Part shown: piece by piece, positions 6,794-15,681 of the stretch | How positions within the stretch are numbered: position 1 is the first letter of the stretch | Layout: each line of letters opens with the position of its first letter | DNA from: Candidatus Xenobia bacterium | Lineage (GTDB): Bacteria; Vulcanimicrobiota; Xenobia; Xenobiales; QWHO01 | DNA: 18,068 nucleotides | NCBI GenBank assembly: GCA_045863235.1 | Contig: BTUM01000123.1 | Coordinates: 1 to 18,068, forward strand | Direction: 5' to 3' | Notes under the pieces: model-generated | Told to the model about the DNA's origin: nothing | Seen by the model: only the letters and a program-made list of their open reading frames with translations | The model's database searches: none | Translations under genes and position numbers: made by a program

Positions 6794-7606
6794 TCAGCCC
6801 CAGAGGTGAGTATACAGCTCTTGCAGCATGAGCGCCTGAGCCCGGCTTTGCTCGGGCAACAGGCGCAGGTGCGCCGCCACGGCCACCTGCTCCTGGTTGA
6901 CCTCGCCGTCGCGGACGCGCTGATAGAAACGGGCGAAGCGCTCAGGCTCGACCCCGCCGGGAGAAGGCCTTGGGATGAACATGTCGGCGCGGGAGAGGGC
7001 CGCCATCCGGTCGATCTGGCACTGGTAGGCCTGGGCCAGATCGGGGTGACTCGCTTCCTCGCGCACCAGCTTCTCGAGCTCGTCCCAGATGGAGAGCGCC
7101 TCCTCCCGGCCCAGCTTGCGCGAGCGCACCCCCACGTAGAAGCTCTGGTAGCTCAGGTCGCGCAGCTCTTCCCAGGGACGCTCGAGGCGGGCGCTCTGGG
7201 GCAAGAGCCCGCGCAGCATGCTGAGGTAGCCTTCCTTCTCGCGGCCCTTCTCCAGCACGCGCTTCACGATCACCAGCAGCTGCTTCACCTGGAAGGGCTT
7301 GTAGATGTAGTCGTCGGCGCCCAGTCGCATGGCCCGGGTGGGAGCGTCCTGGCTGGCATAGCCGGTCATCACGATGCTCTTGAGGCCAGGCTGGGCCTGG
7401 CGCAGGGCCGCCAGGCATTCCAGGCCGTCCATGCCCTCCATGCGAACGTCCGTCAAGAACAGGTCCAGCTTCTTGCGCGAGGCCACCTGGATGGCCTCCG
7501 GGCCCGAGCGGGCCTGGTTGACATCGAAGCTCTGGGTGGTGAAGAACTTCACCAGTAGCGTGCGCAGTGCGTCGTCGTCCTCGAGGATCAAGAGGGTCTT
7601 TCCCAC
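6794..7606 (-). CDS. Response regulator (REC domain + uncharacterised helical C-terminal domain)
   Basis: LLILEDD, FLTDVRMEGMDG (phospho-acceptor Asp), VMTGYA and YIYKPF. The real start is probably GTG at 7606; the upstream part of the 853-aa ORF is antisense to the kinase gene. Confidence 0.9.
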   Translation of the reverse strand: MGKTLLILEDDDALRTLLVKFFTTQSFDVNQARSGPEAIQVASRKKLDLFLTDVRMEGMDGLECLAALRQAQPGLKSIVMTGYASQDAPTRAMRLGADDYIYKPFQVKQLLVIVKRVLEKGREKEGYLSMLRGLLPQSARLERPWEELRDLSYQSFYVGVRSRKLGREEALSIWDELEKLVREEASHPDLAQAYQCQIDRMAALSRADMFIPRPSPGGVEPERFARFYQRVRDGEVNQEQVAVAAHLRLLPEQSRAQALMLQELYTHLWG

Positions 7607-7672
7607 GGCCCGCCCGAGTTCGACGCGTCCGCAAAGAGGCCTCCGGTGCGAGCGGGTGAAACTCAGGCACCT

Positions 7673-10072
7673 ATGTGGGGGCGCATCCTCATCTACGCGG
7701 TGCTGGCGCTGGGGCTCTCGGGCCTGGTGTGGCTGCGCGCGACCGCCCCTCAGCCAGGGCTGGCCCTGCTTTTGTTGAGCGCCCTGGGTCTGGGTCTGCA
7801 GCTGGCCTCCATCTCGCTCCCCGGCTTCGGATTCTTCTCGGCCGCGTTTGCGCCGTGCTTTGCTCTGGGGCTCATGGGTCAGCCGGGCGTGGGGGTGGCC
7901 CTGATGCTGGCCGGCGTGCTGCTGCGCAGTCTGTTGCACCTGTCCCAGCACTCTCCCCAACGCACGGCCTGCGAGGCCCTGGCCGAGCTGTTGCCGGCCC
8001 TGGCAGCCCTGGCGGCCGTCTCGCTGGTGCCCGGCGGTGCGCTCAACCAGGCGGCTGCCGCTCTCATGCTGTACCTGCCCCTGGCTTTGAAGCTGCCCGA
8101 GCTCCTGCTGGCCGACTCGGGGGTGAGCGACGAGCGGATGGCCCTCTGGACCCGCCACCGCGAGCTGACGGGCCTCCAGATCCTGAGCGTGGGGCTCATG
8201 GGACCGGCCCTCGCCTACCTGGTGCAGCTGAACCCCTGGTTCGGCCTGTGGCTCTTCCCGGTGCTGGCCGGCCTGCACCAGGCTGCCCGCATCGACCTGT
8301 TGCGCCTGGAGCTGGTGGACCGCCAGACCCTGCAGCGTCGCGAGGAGAAGTCTCGCCACGCCCTGGCGGCCACCCGCGAGGAGCTGGGTGAAACCGCCCG
8401 GGCCCTGGACATGGAGACCCAGGAGCGGCGCCTCCTGCAGCAGCTGACCTGCGCCCTGGCTGACAGCCCCGACCTCAAGTCGCTGCTGCAGGTGATCGTC
8501 TCCACCACCGTCAAGCTGGTGAGCGCCCAGAGCGTGGCCGTGTTCCTGGCCGACCAGGACCGTCTCGTGCCGGCCGCCCACGCCAGCCCCTTCGGCCAGA
8601 AGCTGGAGGCCGAGCTGATCTTGCGCGAGGGCGAGCCGATCGTGGAGGAGTGCTGGAGCACGGGCCAGGTCACGCTGGGCTCGGGCCGGCGTCTCTTTGC
8701 GGGCGAGCCGACCGCGGTGGCCCTGCCCATGCAGCGCGAGGCGGTGCTCTACGTGGGCCGGTCCAAACAAGGCGAGTTCGCCCCGCTCGAGCGGCAGTAT
8801 CTGCTGGCCATCGCCGGAGCCGGGGGGCTGGGCATCCAGTCGGCCCGGCGCTTCCATGAGCAGCGCCAGGCTCTGGAGCTGCACGCCGAGGCCCACGCCA
8901 AGCTGGCCGTTTGGGTCGAGCGCCTCTCCTACCTGCTCGACAGCGCTCGCCAGCTGGCATCTGGCCTCTCCGTGGAGCAGATCGCCGAGCGCTTGCAGCA
9001 GATGCTCAAGACCACCGTTCCTCACCGGGCCGGTGCCATCCGGCTGGCTGGACGAGCGGGGCTTACCTGGCCCGGCGAGTTCTGGACGACCGAGCGCCAG
9101 GCCAACCTCAAGGCGCTGTCCGAGGTCGTGGAGCGCAACCAGGTGCCCCTGCTGGTGGACGAGCCTTCGACCTTCCGGGGGCCCGGATTCGGCTCGGGGG
9201 TGGGCAGCTTCGTGGCCTGCCCGCTGGTGGGGGACCGCGGCTCGCTGGGCAGCCTGGTGCTGGTCTCGGACGGCGTGCTGACCCGCGAGCAGATGGACGT
9301 GCTGGCCCTGATCGCCTTCCAGGCCGCGGCAGCCCTGCAGAATGCGGCCCTGCACGAGGAGGTGGTGCAGGCCCAGGCCCAGCTGGTGCAGTCATCCAAG
9401 CTGGCGGCGGTGGGCCAGCTGGCGGCCGGAGTGGCCCACGAGCTGAACACCCCGCTGTGCGTGTCCCTGGTGGCGCTGGAGATGCTGCGCATGTACATCG
9501 AGATGGGCCAGCTCGAGGAGGTCGATGAGCAGCTCACCGCCGCCGAGACGGCAGGCAATCGCTGCAAGGACATCATCGCCAAGTTGCTCTACTACGCCCG
9601 CGACTCGGCCAGCGGCAAGAGCGAGGCCGACCTCAACGAGGTGGTGCGCGATACCCTCGAGCTTCTCGGCCGCCAGCTCACCCTGGACGGGGTGCGCATC
9701 GAGCCCCACCTGGCCCCCACCCTGCCGCGCGTGCGCGTCAATCCGAACGAGATCCAGCAGGCCGTCACCAACCTCCTGATCAACGCTCGGGACGCGGTGC
9801 TGCAGGGAGCCGAGCGGTTGGTCACCATCGCCACCGAGTCCGATGACGAGAGCGTGCGAGTCATCGTGACCGACCGCGGCCCGGGTATGCCCCCCGAGGT
9901 GCTCGGGCGCGTGTTCGAGCCCTTCTTCACCACCAAGGAGGTGGGCAAGGGCACCGGTCTCGGGCTCTCGGTCAGTCGCGAGATCCTCACCCGCCACGGC
10001 GGGGATCTGACGGCCGAGTCGGCACCGGGAAAGGGCTCACGGTTCGTGCTGCGGCTGCCGCTGGCAGGCTGA
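7673..10072 (+). CDS. Membrane-bound sensor histidine kinase (multi-TM N-terminus, two GAF-like domains, HisKA, HATPase_c)
   Basis: H-box LAAGVAHELNTPL, N-box NLLINARDA, G1 DRGPGM, F-box FEPFFTTK and G2 GTGLGL. About 200 hydrophobic N-terminal residues. ATG 7673 preferred over GTG 7646. Confidence 0.93.
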   Translation: MWGRILIYAVLALGLSGLVWLRATAPQPGLALLLLSALGLGLQLASISLPGFGFFSAAFAPCFALGLMGQPGVGVALMLAGVLLRSLLHLSQHSPQRTACEALAELLPALAALAAVSLVPGGALNQAAAALMLYLPLALKLPELLLADSGVSDERMALWTRHRELTGLQILSVGLMGPALAYLVQLNPWFGLWLFPVLAGLHQAARIDLLRLELVDRQTLQRREEKSRHALAATREELGETARALDMETQERRLLQQLTCALADSPDLKSLLQVIVSTTVKLVSAQSVAVFLADQDRLVPAAHASPFGQKLEAELILREGEPIVEECWSTGQVTLGSGRRLFAGEPTAVALPMQREAVLYVGRSKQGEFAPLERQYLLAIAGAGGLGIQSARRFHEQRQALELHAEAHAKLAVWVERLSYLLDSARQLASGLSVEQIAERLQQMLKTTVPHRAGAIRLAGRAGLTWPGEFWTTERQANLKALSEVVERNQVPLLVDEPSTFRGPGFGSGVGSFVACPLVGDRGSLGSLVLVSDGVLTREQMDVLALIAFQAAAALQNAALHEEVVQAQAQLVQSSKLAAVGQLAAGVAHELNTPLCVSLVALEMLRMYIEMGQLEEVDEQLTAAETAGNRCKDIIAKLLYYARDSASGKSEADLNEVVRDTLELLGRQLTLDGVRIEPHLAPTLPRVRVNPNEIQQAVTNLLINARDAVLQGAERLVTIATESDDESVRVIVTDRGPGMPPEVLGRVFEPFFTTKEVGKGTGLGLSVSREILTRHGGDLTAESAPGKGSRFVLRLPLAG

Positions 10073-10100
10073 GCGCCCCCCGGCGCCGAACCATTCCTGG

Positions 10101-12179
10101 ATGCAGGAGATCGGCCGCCTCGGCCCGCTGCCCCAGACGTCCTTCCCGTCCGCCGCCCCGATCCCGGCGCCTTCCAACGATCCTCGCGAGACCGTCATCC
10201 TGCAGGGCGCTCGACCTACCGTCACGGAGCCGCTCCAGCAAGCCCTGGTGCTGGCCGAGATGCACTCCAAGATTCCCGCCGAGTACCTGACCCCCGAGCA
10301 GGCTCCCGGCCCGGCCGAGCCCTTCCGCGAAGAGGCCCGCAAACTGCTGTCCAATCCCACCGAGCGCCAGGTCGAGGTGACCGCGCTGACCCTTTTCGAG
10401 CAGAGCCTGGCGGCCGCGCCCCGCACCCTGGTCGTGATCCCGGGCCCGGCGAGCGGTGTTCCCCCCGGGAAAGGGCTGGCCGAGTCGGGCCTCTACACCG
10501 CCAAACTTGCCGCGACGCTGGGCGGGGGAGCCTTCTCCTTGACTCCGGCCATCACGGCCGTCTTGCAGGACTTCCAGGCTGACAAGATCTGGACTCCGGT
10601 CTACTATCAGGGCAGCGCCAGCCAGTACCGGGCGGCCGGCAACCTGGACGAGGTGCGCCTGGCACACCTGGTCACCTCGCCAGCCCTGGAGACCCCGCAG
10701 GGCATCCGCATGCGGGGCATCCTGGCTCGCGAGGAGGCGGCCCACATCGAGGTCGCCCTCACCGAGATGGAGCGCAAGATCCCCGGCTCGACCGATACCT
10801 TCCACACCGTGCACGTGCGCACGCTGCTCGGCGAGAGCCAGGACCCCAACACGGGGGTGGCCTACGGCGGCGTCGCCGGGCTGGCCGGCGCGATGGAGGA
10901 GATCGGGCTGAGCCGCGAGGTGGCCCGCAATCTCGACTCGTGCCGCGAGACCCTGTTCCACGAGGCGGGCCACGAGTTCGATCGGCGCCTGGGCGAGCGC
11001 TTCGGCACCCACTACGCCTCGGTGCACTCCAGCTCGCCCTTCGGCAAGACGAGCGATCCCAACGACTACGTCTCGAGCTACGCCCAGGCCTTCGCCTGGG
11101 AGGACCTGGCCGAGACCCACCGGGTGCTATTCAGCCAGAACGACTCCATCACGGCTCACCCCGATCTCTGGATCCATGCCAACGGTAAGGTGGGCGAGAA
11201 GCTGGCCTGGCTGCTCGAGGAGGGTTACGGCCAGACGGTTGCGCCGCCTTCCGAGCGCACCCTGAAAGCCCTCGAGCGGGCCGAGGGACCCGAGAGCCCC
11301 TTCGGATGGGAGACGCCCGAAGGGGGCAAGGTGGGAGCCCGGGCCGACCTGCAGCGCACCCTGCGGGGGATGCTGGCCATGTGGGACCCGCGCCAGACCC
11401 CGCCCCCCTTCCTGGGAATCGGCCCCGAGGGGGCCAAGCACCGCTGGATCGCCCGCGAGCTGATGGGGGTGGAGCTGCCCGAGCCTCCCCCCATGCCGGT
11501 CGGGGGAGGGATGGGCGGGGGCTTCTCGCCCTACGGTGGGGGTTTTGCCAATCCGATCATGGTCGACAGCGAGCAGACGTTGGAGGGCCTGCATCAGAGC
11601 TTGCAGGCACTCTCGCGTGGCCCCGAAGAGCTCGACGCCAGCCTGGCCGAGGTCCGCACGGCCATCGAGCAGGCTCGCTCGGGCGGGGCCAGCCGGGCCC
11701 AGATCCTCTCGCTCGAGAGCACCCTCAAGATGATCCAGGCCGAGCGCTTTCGACTGGGCGTGCAGCCCCTGACCTTCGGCAAGGTGGCCTCGGGGGAGGA
11801 GGCCAACCTGCTGCTGGTGCGCTACGCCCCGCCCGAGAAGCTGGCCGAGCTGACCTTGCCCGGCGGCGATCTTTCCGCCCAGCAGAAGGGGGAGCTGACC
11901 CGGAAGCTGGCCGAGCTGACGATGGCCTTCGGGAGGGAGTGCTCCGAGCTGATGGGCGAGAGCCTGCGCGAGAATGGCGGCCAGCCGGTGGCCCTGGCCA
12001 GCGTGCAGGAGCGCTTCTTCGTCTCGCAACAGAAACGCACCGCTCACAGCTTTCGCCTGGCCCACCAGCTGTCCATCGGAGGGCAGACCCTGGAGCTGGC
12101 CCTGAAGGAGCGCCTGGAGCCGGGGCTGGTGGGATTGTTGGAGGCCAACCGACCGGGATTCCCAATGCCGCTGGCCTGA
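10101..12179 (+). CDS. Putative zinc metallopeptidase (zincin, lethal-factor/ATLF-like motif spacing)
   Basis: TLFHEAGHEFD (HEXXH at 10959-10973), then YVSSYA and WEDLAE (candidate third-ligand Glu near 11100). Pro-rich N-terminus with no obvious signal peptide. Confidence 0.7.
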   Translation: MQEIGRLGPLPQTSFPSAAPIPAPSNDPRETVILQGARPTVTEPLQQALVLAEMHSKIPAEYLTPEQAPGPAEPFREEARKLLSNPTERQVEVTALTLFEQSLAAAPRTLVVIPGPASGVPPGKGLAESGLYTAKLAATLGGGAFSLTPAITAVLQDFQADKIWTPVYYQGSASQYRAAGNLDEVRLAHLVTSPALETPQGIRMRGILAREEAAHIEVALTEMERKIPGSTDTFHTVHVRTLLGESQDPNTGVAYGGVAGLAGAMEEIGLSREVARNLDSCRETLFHEAGHEFDRRLGERFGTHYASVHSSSPFGKTSDPNDYVSSYAQAFAWEDLAETHRVLFSQNDSITAHPDLWIHANGKVGEKLAWLLEEGYGQTVAPPSERTLKALERAEGPESPFGWETPEGGKVGARADLQRTLRGMLAMWDPRQTPPPFLGIGPEGAKHRWIARELMGVELPEPPPMPVGGGMGGGFSPYGGGFANPIMVDSEQTLEGLHQSLQALSRGPEELDASLAEVRTAIEQARSGGASRAQILSLESTLKMIQAERFRLGVQPLTFGKVASGEEANLLLVRYAPPEKLAELTLPGGDLSAQQKGELTRKLAELTMAFGRECSELMGESLRENGGQPVALASVQERFFVSQQKRTAHSFRLAHQLSIGGQTLELALKERLEPGLVGLLEANRPGFPMPLA

Positions 12180-12187
12180 GCGCAGGG

Positions 12188-12216
12188 AGCAGGCTGGCGC
12201 CATGGGCCAGCCTGCT
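12188..12216. terminator. Hairpin between convergent genes, probable bidirectional terminator
   Basis: agcaggctggc-(7-nt loop)-gccagcctgct is a perfect 11-bp stem, with no U-tract on either strand. Confidence 0.6.
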
Positions 12217-14599
12217 ACGGGACGATAGCGAAGCCGCCCAACTGGTCGTTGTTCTTGTCGACGAAGTACAGGAACTGACTGAACGGGTCGACGATCGTGT
12301 CCCGATTCTCTCCCGTATTGACGGGGCTGTCGTCGATCTCGGTCAGGGCGCCCGTGACCGGATCGATCGCAAAGATGTGCGTCATCGTATCCAGGTCCGG
12401 GGTGACGTAAAGAAATTCTCCGTTCAGGGCCATCGAGACGACCCCCGCGGGACCGGGCAGGGAGAAGGGCGATCCGGCGATCGGAGTCAGAAATCCCGTT
12501 GCTGCATTGATCGCGTGGACCGCGACGCCGCCCGTGACCGGGGTGTAAAGGAACGTTCCCGCCGGATCGATCGCGACCGTGGACCCTTCGGCGGTTGCGA
12601 AGGGAGAAAAAGGGACGGCAGTCAGGATACCCGTGGCGGGAGCGATGGAGAACACGTCCCCCGTATTGGCGAACAACAGGTTGTTGTTGGGATGCAAGAC
12701 GCCCTCCTGCGTTGCCGAGCCGGGGGCCGTGGGAAGAGTCGGACCGATCGCGAGCTGCGTGCCGAGATCGAACTGACCCACGCTGTTCGAGCTGAAATTG
12801 AAGATGTAGACCGAATTGGTCACACCCTGGCGGAGGACCATGTCCAGCGGATTCGCGCCCCCCGTTCCGGCAGGGGCAGTCGGCAGCGTCAGGTCGCCCA
12901 GGCCATTGATGGTAAAGACCGTCCAGGTATTGCTACCCGCATTCGTCACGACGGCCTTGGTGTCGTCGGGAGTGACCCTGACGGCGACGGGTTGATTGCC
13001 GCCCGGTTGATAAGGCGAGCCGCCCAGCCCGGCCAGGGCTCCCGTGCCCGCAGCGACCGAGAAGCCGACCACAGTTTCAGTCGGGGTGAACGTGTTGAAC
13101 TCGGCTACATAAAGGAAAGTTCCGGCGTTCGTGATGGCGCCCCGGACCGGCTGATTGGGAATGGCGAGCGGGAAGCCCGCCAGCGGCGTCAGGAAGCCCC
13201 GCGGGAAGGTCTCATTGAAAGCCGAGCTGGTGGCCGGAGTCAACCCGGTCGTGGTGGTCGCCGTCAGCGTGTAGCCATTTCCGGACTTGCTCAGGATCAC
13301 GTTGTTGAAGGTGGCCACGCCGTTGACCGCCGCCACGCTCAAAGTGCCGCTCAGCGTGGCCGGGCCCGGGTTGCTGGCCAGCGCGATCGTCACCGTGTCG
13401 GTGGCCGTGGTCACCAGGTTTCCGTTCACGTCCCGGATCTCGACCGTGAACAGCGGCATGGCGGCGCGCGCCTGGCTGGTCACAGGTTGGGTTCCGAAGG
13501 CCAGCTGGGTGGCCGGATTCAGCGCGTTAAAAGCGTTGCTGGTGGCGCCGGCCAGGCCGGGGGAGCTGGCCACCAGAGTGTAGCCGACCCCCAGGAGACT
13601 GACGGAAAGGTCGCCGAAAGTCGCCACGCCGTTGACGGCGTTGACCGTAACGGTGCCGTTCAGCACGCTGGAGCCGGGATTTGCCCCGAAAGCCATGGTG
13701 ACCGCGTTGGAAGCGGTGGGAACCGTAATCCCATTGGAATCCTGCACCACCACCTGGACCGCGGGGGTGATGACCTGGCCGGCGACGGTGTCCACGGGCT
13801 GGGTGCCGAAGAGCAACCGGGCCGGCGGGCCCACGCTGGAAGCGATGTCAAACGCGTTGCTCGTGCCAGAGGTCAGTCCGGTGGCCGAAGCCTGCAGGGC
13901 ATAACCGGTCCCGACCTGGTTCAAGGAGAGGTCGGAGAAGGTCGCCACCCCATTGACAGCGCTGGCCGATAAGGTACCCGACAGAGTGGCTCCTCCAGGA
14001 TTGCTCGACAGGCTCAAGGTGATGGTATCGGTGGCCGTGGTGACCAGGTTCGAGTTGGAATCCAGGACCGCCACCTCCACCGGCGGAGCGATCGTCTGGC
14101 CGACCAGCGTTCCGGTGGGCTGGGTGCGGAAACTGAGCTGGGTGGCGGTGGGATTGGGGGTCGGGGTGGGGCTCGGAGTCGGGCTGAACGTGACCTGCAG
14201 GCTGAGCGGGGGGTTCGTGCCCGGCTGGACGTTGATCGGGTCGGAAAGCAGGCTGCCGAGCAGTGTGCCTTCCTCGTCGAAGACGGCCAGCCGCACGCGC
14301 CGCATCCCGATCGGGACATTGCTGATGGTGCGCTGCACGAGGCTCGTGCCCGTGATGTCGATCACGACGGCAGCGACGACGTCCCGTTCGGTCTCGTTGG
14401 CATCCACGATCCGGATGGTCAGCCGGGTAGGAGTCCCGCGGTTCTGCGCGGCGACCTGGCCCACGTCGACGCGCAACGACAGATTCGAGGTCCCGCCCGG
14501 GCCGGGTGGGGGAGCCGGGGTTCCATCGGAACGCATGCCGCCCGAGCAGCCGAGCAAGAGCAAAGTCAGAGACAAGAATGCGAGTTTGGCGATACGCAC
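12215..14599 (-). CDS. Surface lipoprotein with three Ig-like repeats and a C-terminal lactonase-family-like beta-propeller
   Basis: Signal MRIAKLAFLSLTLLLLG|C (lipobox, Cys18), a PTPSPTPTPNPT linker, three ~100-aa repeats (QL.F.TQP...AVNGVATF..L...G.GY.L.A...GL...TS.AF) and propeller blades of type AIDPAGTFLY / TG.LT.I.GSPF. Confidence 0.85.
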   Translation of the reverse strand: MRIAKLAFLSLTLLLLGCSGGMRSDGTPAPPPGPGGTSNLSLRVDVGQVAAQNRGTPTRLTIRIVDANETERDVVAAVVIDITGTSLVQRTISNVPIGMRRVRLAVFDEEGTLLGSLLSDPINVQPGTNPPLSLQVTFSPTPSPTPTPNPTATQLSFRTQPTGTLVGQTIAPPVEVAVLDSNSNLVTTATDTITLSLSSNPGGATLSGTLSASAVNGVATFSDLSLNQVGTGYALQASATGLTSGTSNAFDIASSVGPPARLLFGTQPVDTVAGQVITPAVQVVVQDSNGITVPTASNAVTMAFGANPGSSVLNGTVTVNAVNGVATFGDLSVSLLGVGYTLVASSPGLAGATSNAFNALNPATQLAFGTQPVTSQARAAMPLFTVEIRDVNGNLVTTATDTVTIALASNPGPATLSGTLSVAAVNGVATFNNVILSKSGNGYTLTATTTTGLTPATSSAFNETFPRGFLTPLAGFPLAIPNQPVRGAITNAGTFLYVAEFNTFTPTETVVGFSVAAGTGALAGLGGSPYQPGGNQPVAVRVTPDDTKAVVTNAGSNTWTVFTINGLGDLTLPTAPAGTGGANPLDMVLRQGVTNSVYIFNFSSNSVGQFDLGTQLAIGPTLPTAPGSATQEGVLHPNNNLLFANTGDVFSIAPATGILTAVPFSPFATAEGSTVAIDPAGTFLYTPVTGGVAVHAINAATGFLTPIAGSPFSLPGPAGVVSMALNGEFLYVTPDLDTMTHIFAIDPVTGALTEIDDSPVNTGENRDTIVDPFSQFLYFVDKNNDQLGGFAIVP
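13211..14146 (-). repeat. Three tandem ~300-bp diverged Ig-like domain repeats within the lipoprotein gene
   Basis: AVNGVATF occurs three times and NLVTTATDT twice in the translation. Boundaries are approximate. Confidence 0.85.
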
Positions 14600-14776
14600 G
14601 AACGGGAGACCCCCGACTTGAATGTTCTTCTGGATCCTTGGCGAATCGGCGCCGGAAACCCTGCCCCTCGGCCGGATGGGAAACGGTCATGGTGGGTGAC
14701 CCTCGATCGAGGAGTGGACCCCGAGGCTGATGAGCCTGACGCCCGCGCGATGACCTGACGTTTTCCGAGAACGGCT

Positions 14777-15184
14777 CTACCAGATCACGGTGACTTCAGG
14801 GTGCCTTCCGATTTCGGGGTCGCGGGTGAGGAGCGGGCAGTCCAGGTGGACGGCGGTGGCGGCGATCAGCCGGTCGGTACGCTCGGGGATGGCGTAGAGC
14901 TCTTCGGCCCGCAGCACGATTTCCACTGTCAGCTCAACCGGAAAGAAGGAGCCGGTCGCGACAAGACCCGATACCCACGCCCGGGCGCCGCCAGCCAGCT
15001 CGAGCGCGCCGCTGCGGGCTGCCTCGAGAATTTCCACGATTGCCACGGTGGGAACATACAGGGCAGCCAGGCCCCGGTCTGCGTTCTCGAGCACGCGACG
15101 CGCCTGCTTGCCCAGTCGCTTCCACTTCTTCTGGGCATACCATATCAACGCATGGGTATCCACGACCGCCAGGTGCGTGCTCAT
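14777..15184 (-). CDS. vapC: Type II toxin, PIN-domain (VapC family)
   Basis: VVDTHALIW, VPTVAIVEI, DRLIAATA and LLTRD carry the conserved PIN acidic residues. ATGA overlap with the antitoxin gene. Confidence 0.92.
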   Translation of the reverse strand: MSTHLAVVDTHALIWYAQKKWKRLGKQARRVLENADRGLAALYVPTVAIVEILEAARSGALELAGGARAWVSGLVATGSFFPVELTVEIVLRAEELYAIPERTDRLIAATAVHLDCPLLTRDPEIGRHPEVTVIW

Positions 15185-15498
15185 GGCTCGAACTCGGTGA
15201 GTCTCCGGCGGGCCCGCTCGGCCTGGAGCTTTCGGCCTTCGGCCAGCGCCCTGTCCAGCTCTTCATCCGAGAGGCTGCTGGTGATACTGCCCGCTAATCT
15301 GAAGGGTCGGCTGGCCTGTTTACGCAACTCCTCGACCATCGTCTCCAGGTAGCGAAGGTGGCTGGCGGTTGTCAGTGCCATCGTCTCGGGCAGGTCGCGA
15401 TGTTCCACCAGGATCACCTGCTCGGGGTGCGAGGAAAGGAACTTCGCGATCTCCGGCAAGCGACCGCGGGCCTCAGAGATGTTCAGTTTTCGATTCAT
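15181..15498 (-). CDS. Type II antitoxin, Phd/YefM-like
   Basis: MNRKLNISEARGRLPEI...VILVEHR is a Phd-like N-terminus and the gene lies directly upstream of the PIN toxin. Start is ATG 15498, or alternatively 15516. Confidence 0.8.
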   Translation of the reverse strand: MNRKLNISEARGRLPEIAKFLSSHPEQVILVEHRDLPETMALTTASHLRYLETMVEELRKQASRPFRLAGSITSSLSDEELDRALAEGRKLQAERARRRLTEFEP

Positions 15499-15515
15499 CT
15501 GGCGCGACCTGTCCA

Positions 15516-15561
15516 TGTACTTGTACTGTTTCAGTGTACCAGGCGGTCCCGCGCGAGTCAA
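15516..15561 (-). promoter_or_regulatory. Sigma70 promoter and probable autorepression operator of the TA operon
   Basis: Minus strand TTGACT (15561-15556), 17 bp, TACACT (15538-15533), with extended TG. GTAC palindromic cores at 15517-15520, 15523-15526 and 15536-15539. Confidence 0.75.
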
Positions 15562-15623
15562 CGCCTGCAAGCGTCTTGAGCTGCCAGCCACCAGCAGCTC
15601 GCTCACGCATCACTCTGCTAGGA

Positions 15624-15664
15624 GCGCAGCCGGAAACCCCCTTGACACGGTTTTCCGGCTGCGC
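15624..15664. terminator. Strong hairpin downstream of SUI1 (terminator-like)
   Basis: gcgcagccggaaa (15624-15636) / tttccggctgcgc (15652-15664) is a perfect 13-bp inverted repeat. There is no flanking U-tract. Confidence 0.5.
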
Positions 15665-15681
15665 GACGCCCTCCATGTTGT

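Noticed and set aside
7607..9355. 853-aa version of the response regulator
   Set aside because: The extension is antisense to the histidine kinase and has shadow-ORF composition. The REC domain begins at GTG 7606.
11306..13972. 888-aa plus-strand ORF and the many other long overlapping ORFs
   Set aside because: Arg/Gly/Pro-rich alternative-frame or antisense shadows of well-supported genes, as expected in high-GC DNA. No motifs.
1545..14599. Diversity-generating retroelement acting on the pilin or lipoprotein
   Set aside because: No reverse transcriptase and no TR/VR pair differing at adenines. The Ig repeats are diverged at all base types.
14678..14776. Hammerhead ribozyme or fluoride riboswitch (CTGATGAG at 14727-14734)
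   Set aside because: There is no correctly placed C-GAAA closing stem II for a hammerhead, and no matching 5' GATGG-type pseudoknot partner for a fluoride riboswitch.
15642..15647. TTGACA as a -35 box (also at 34-39)
   Set aside because: No -10 hexamer at 16-18 bp spacing in either case.
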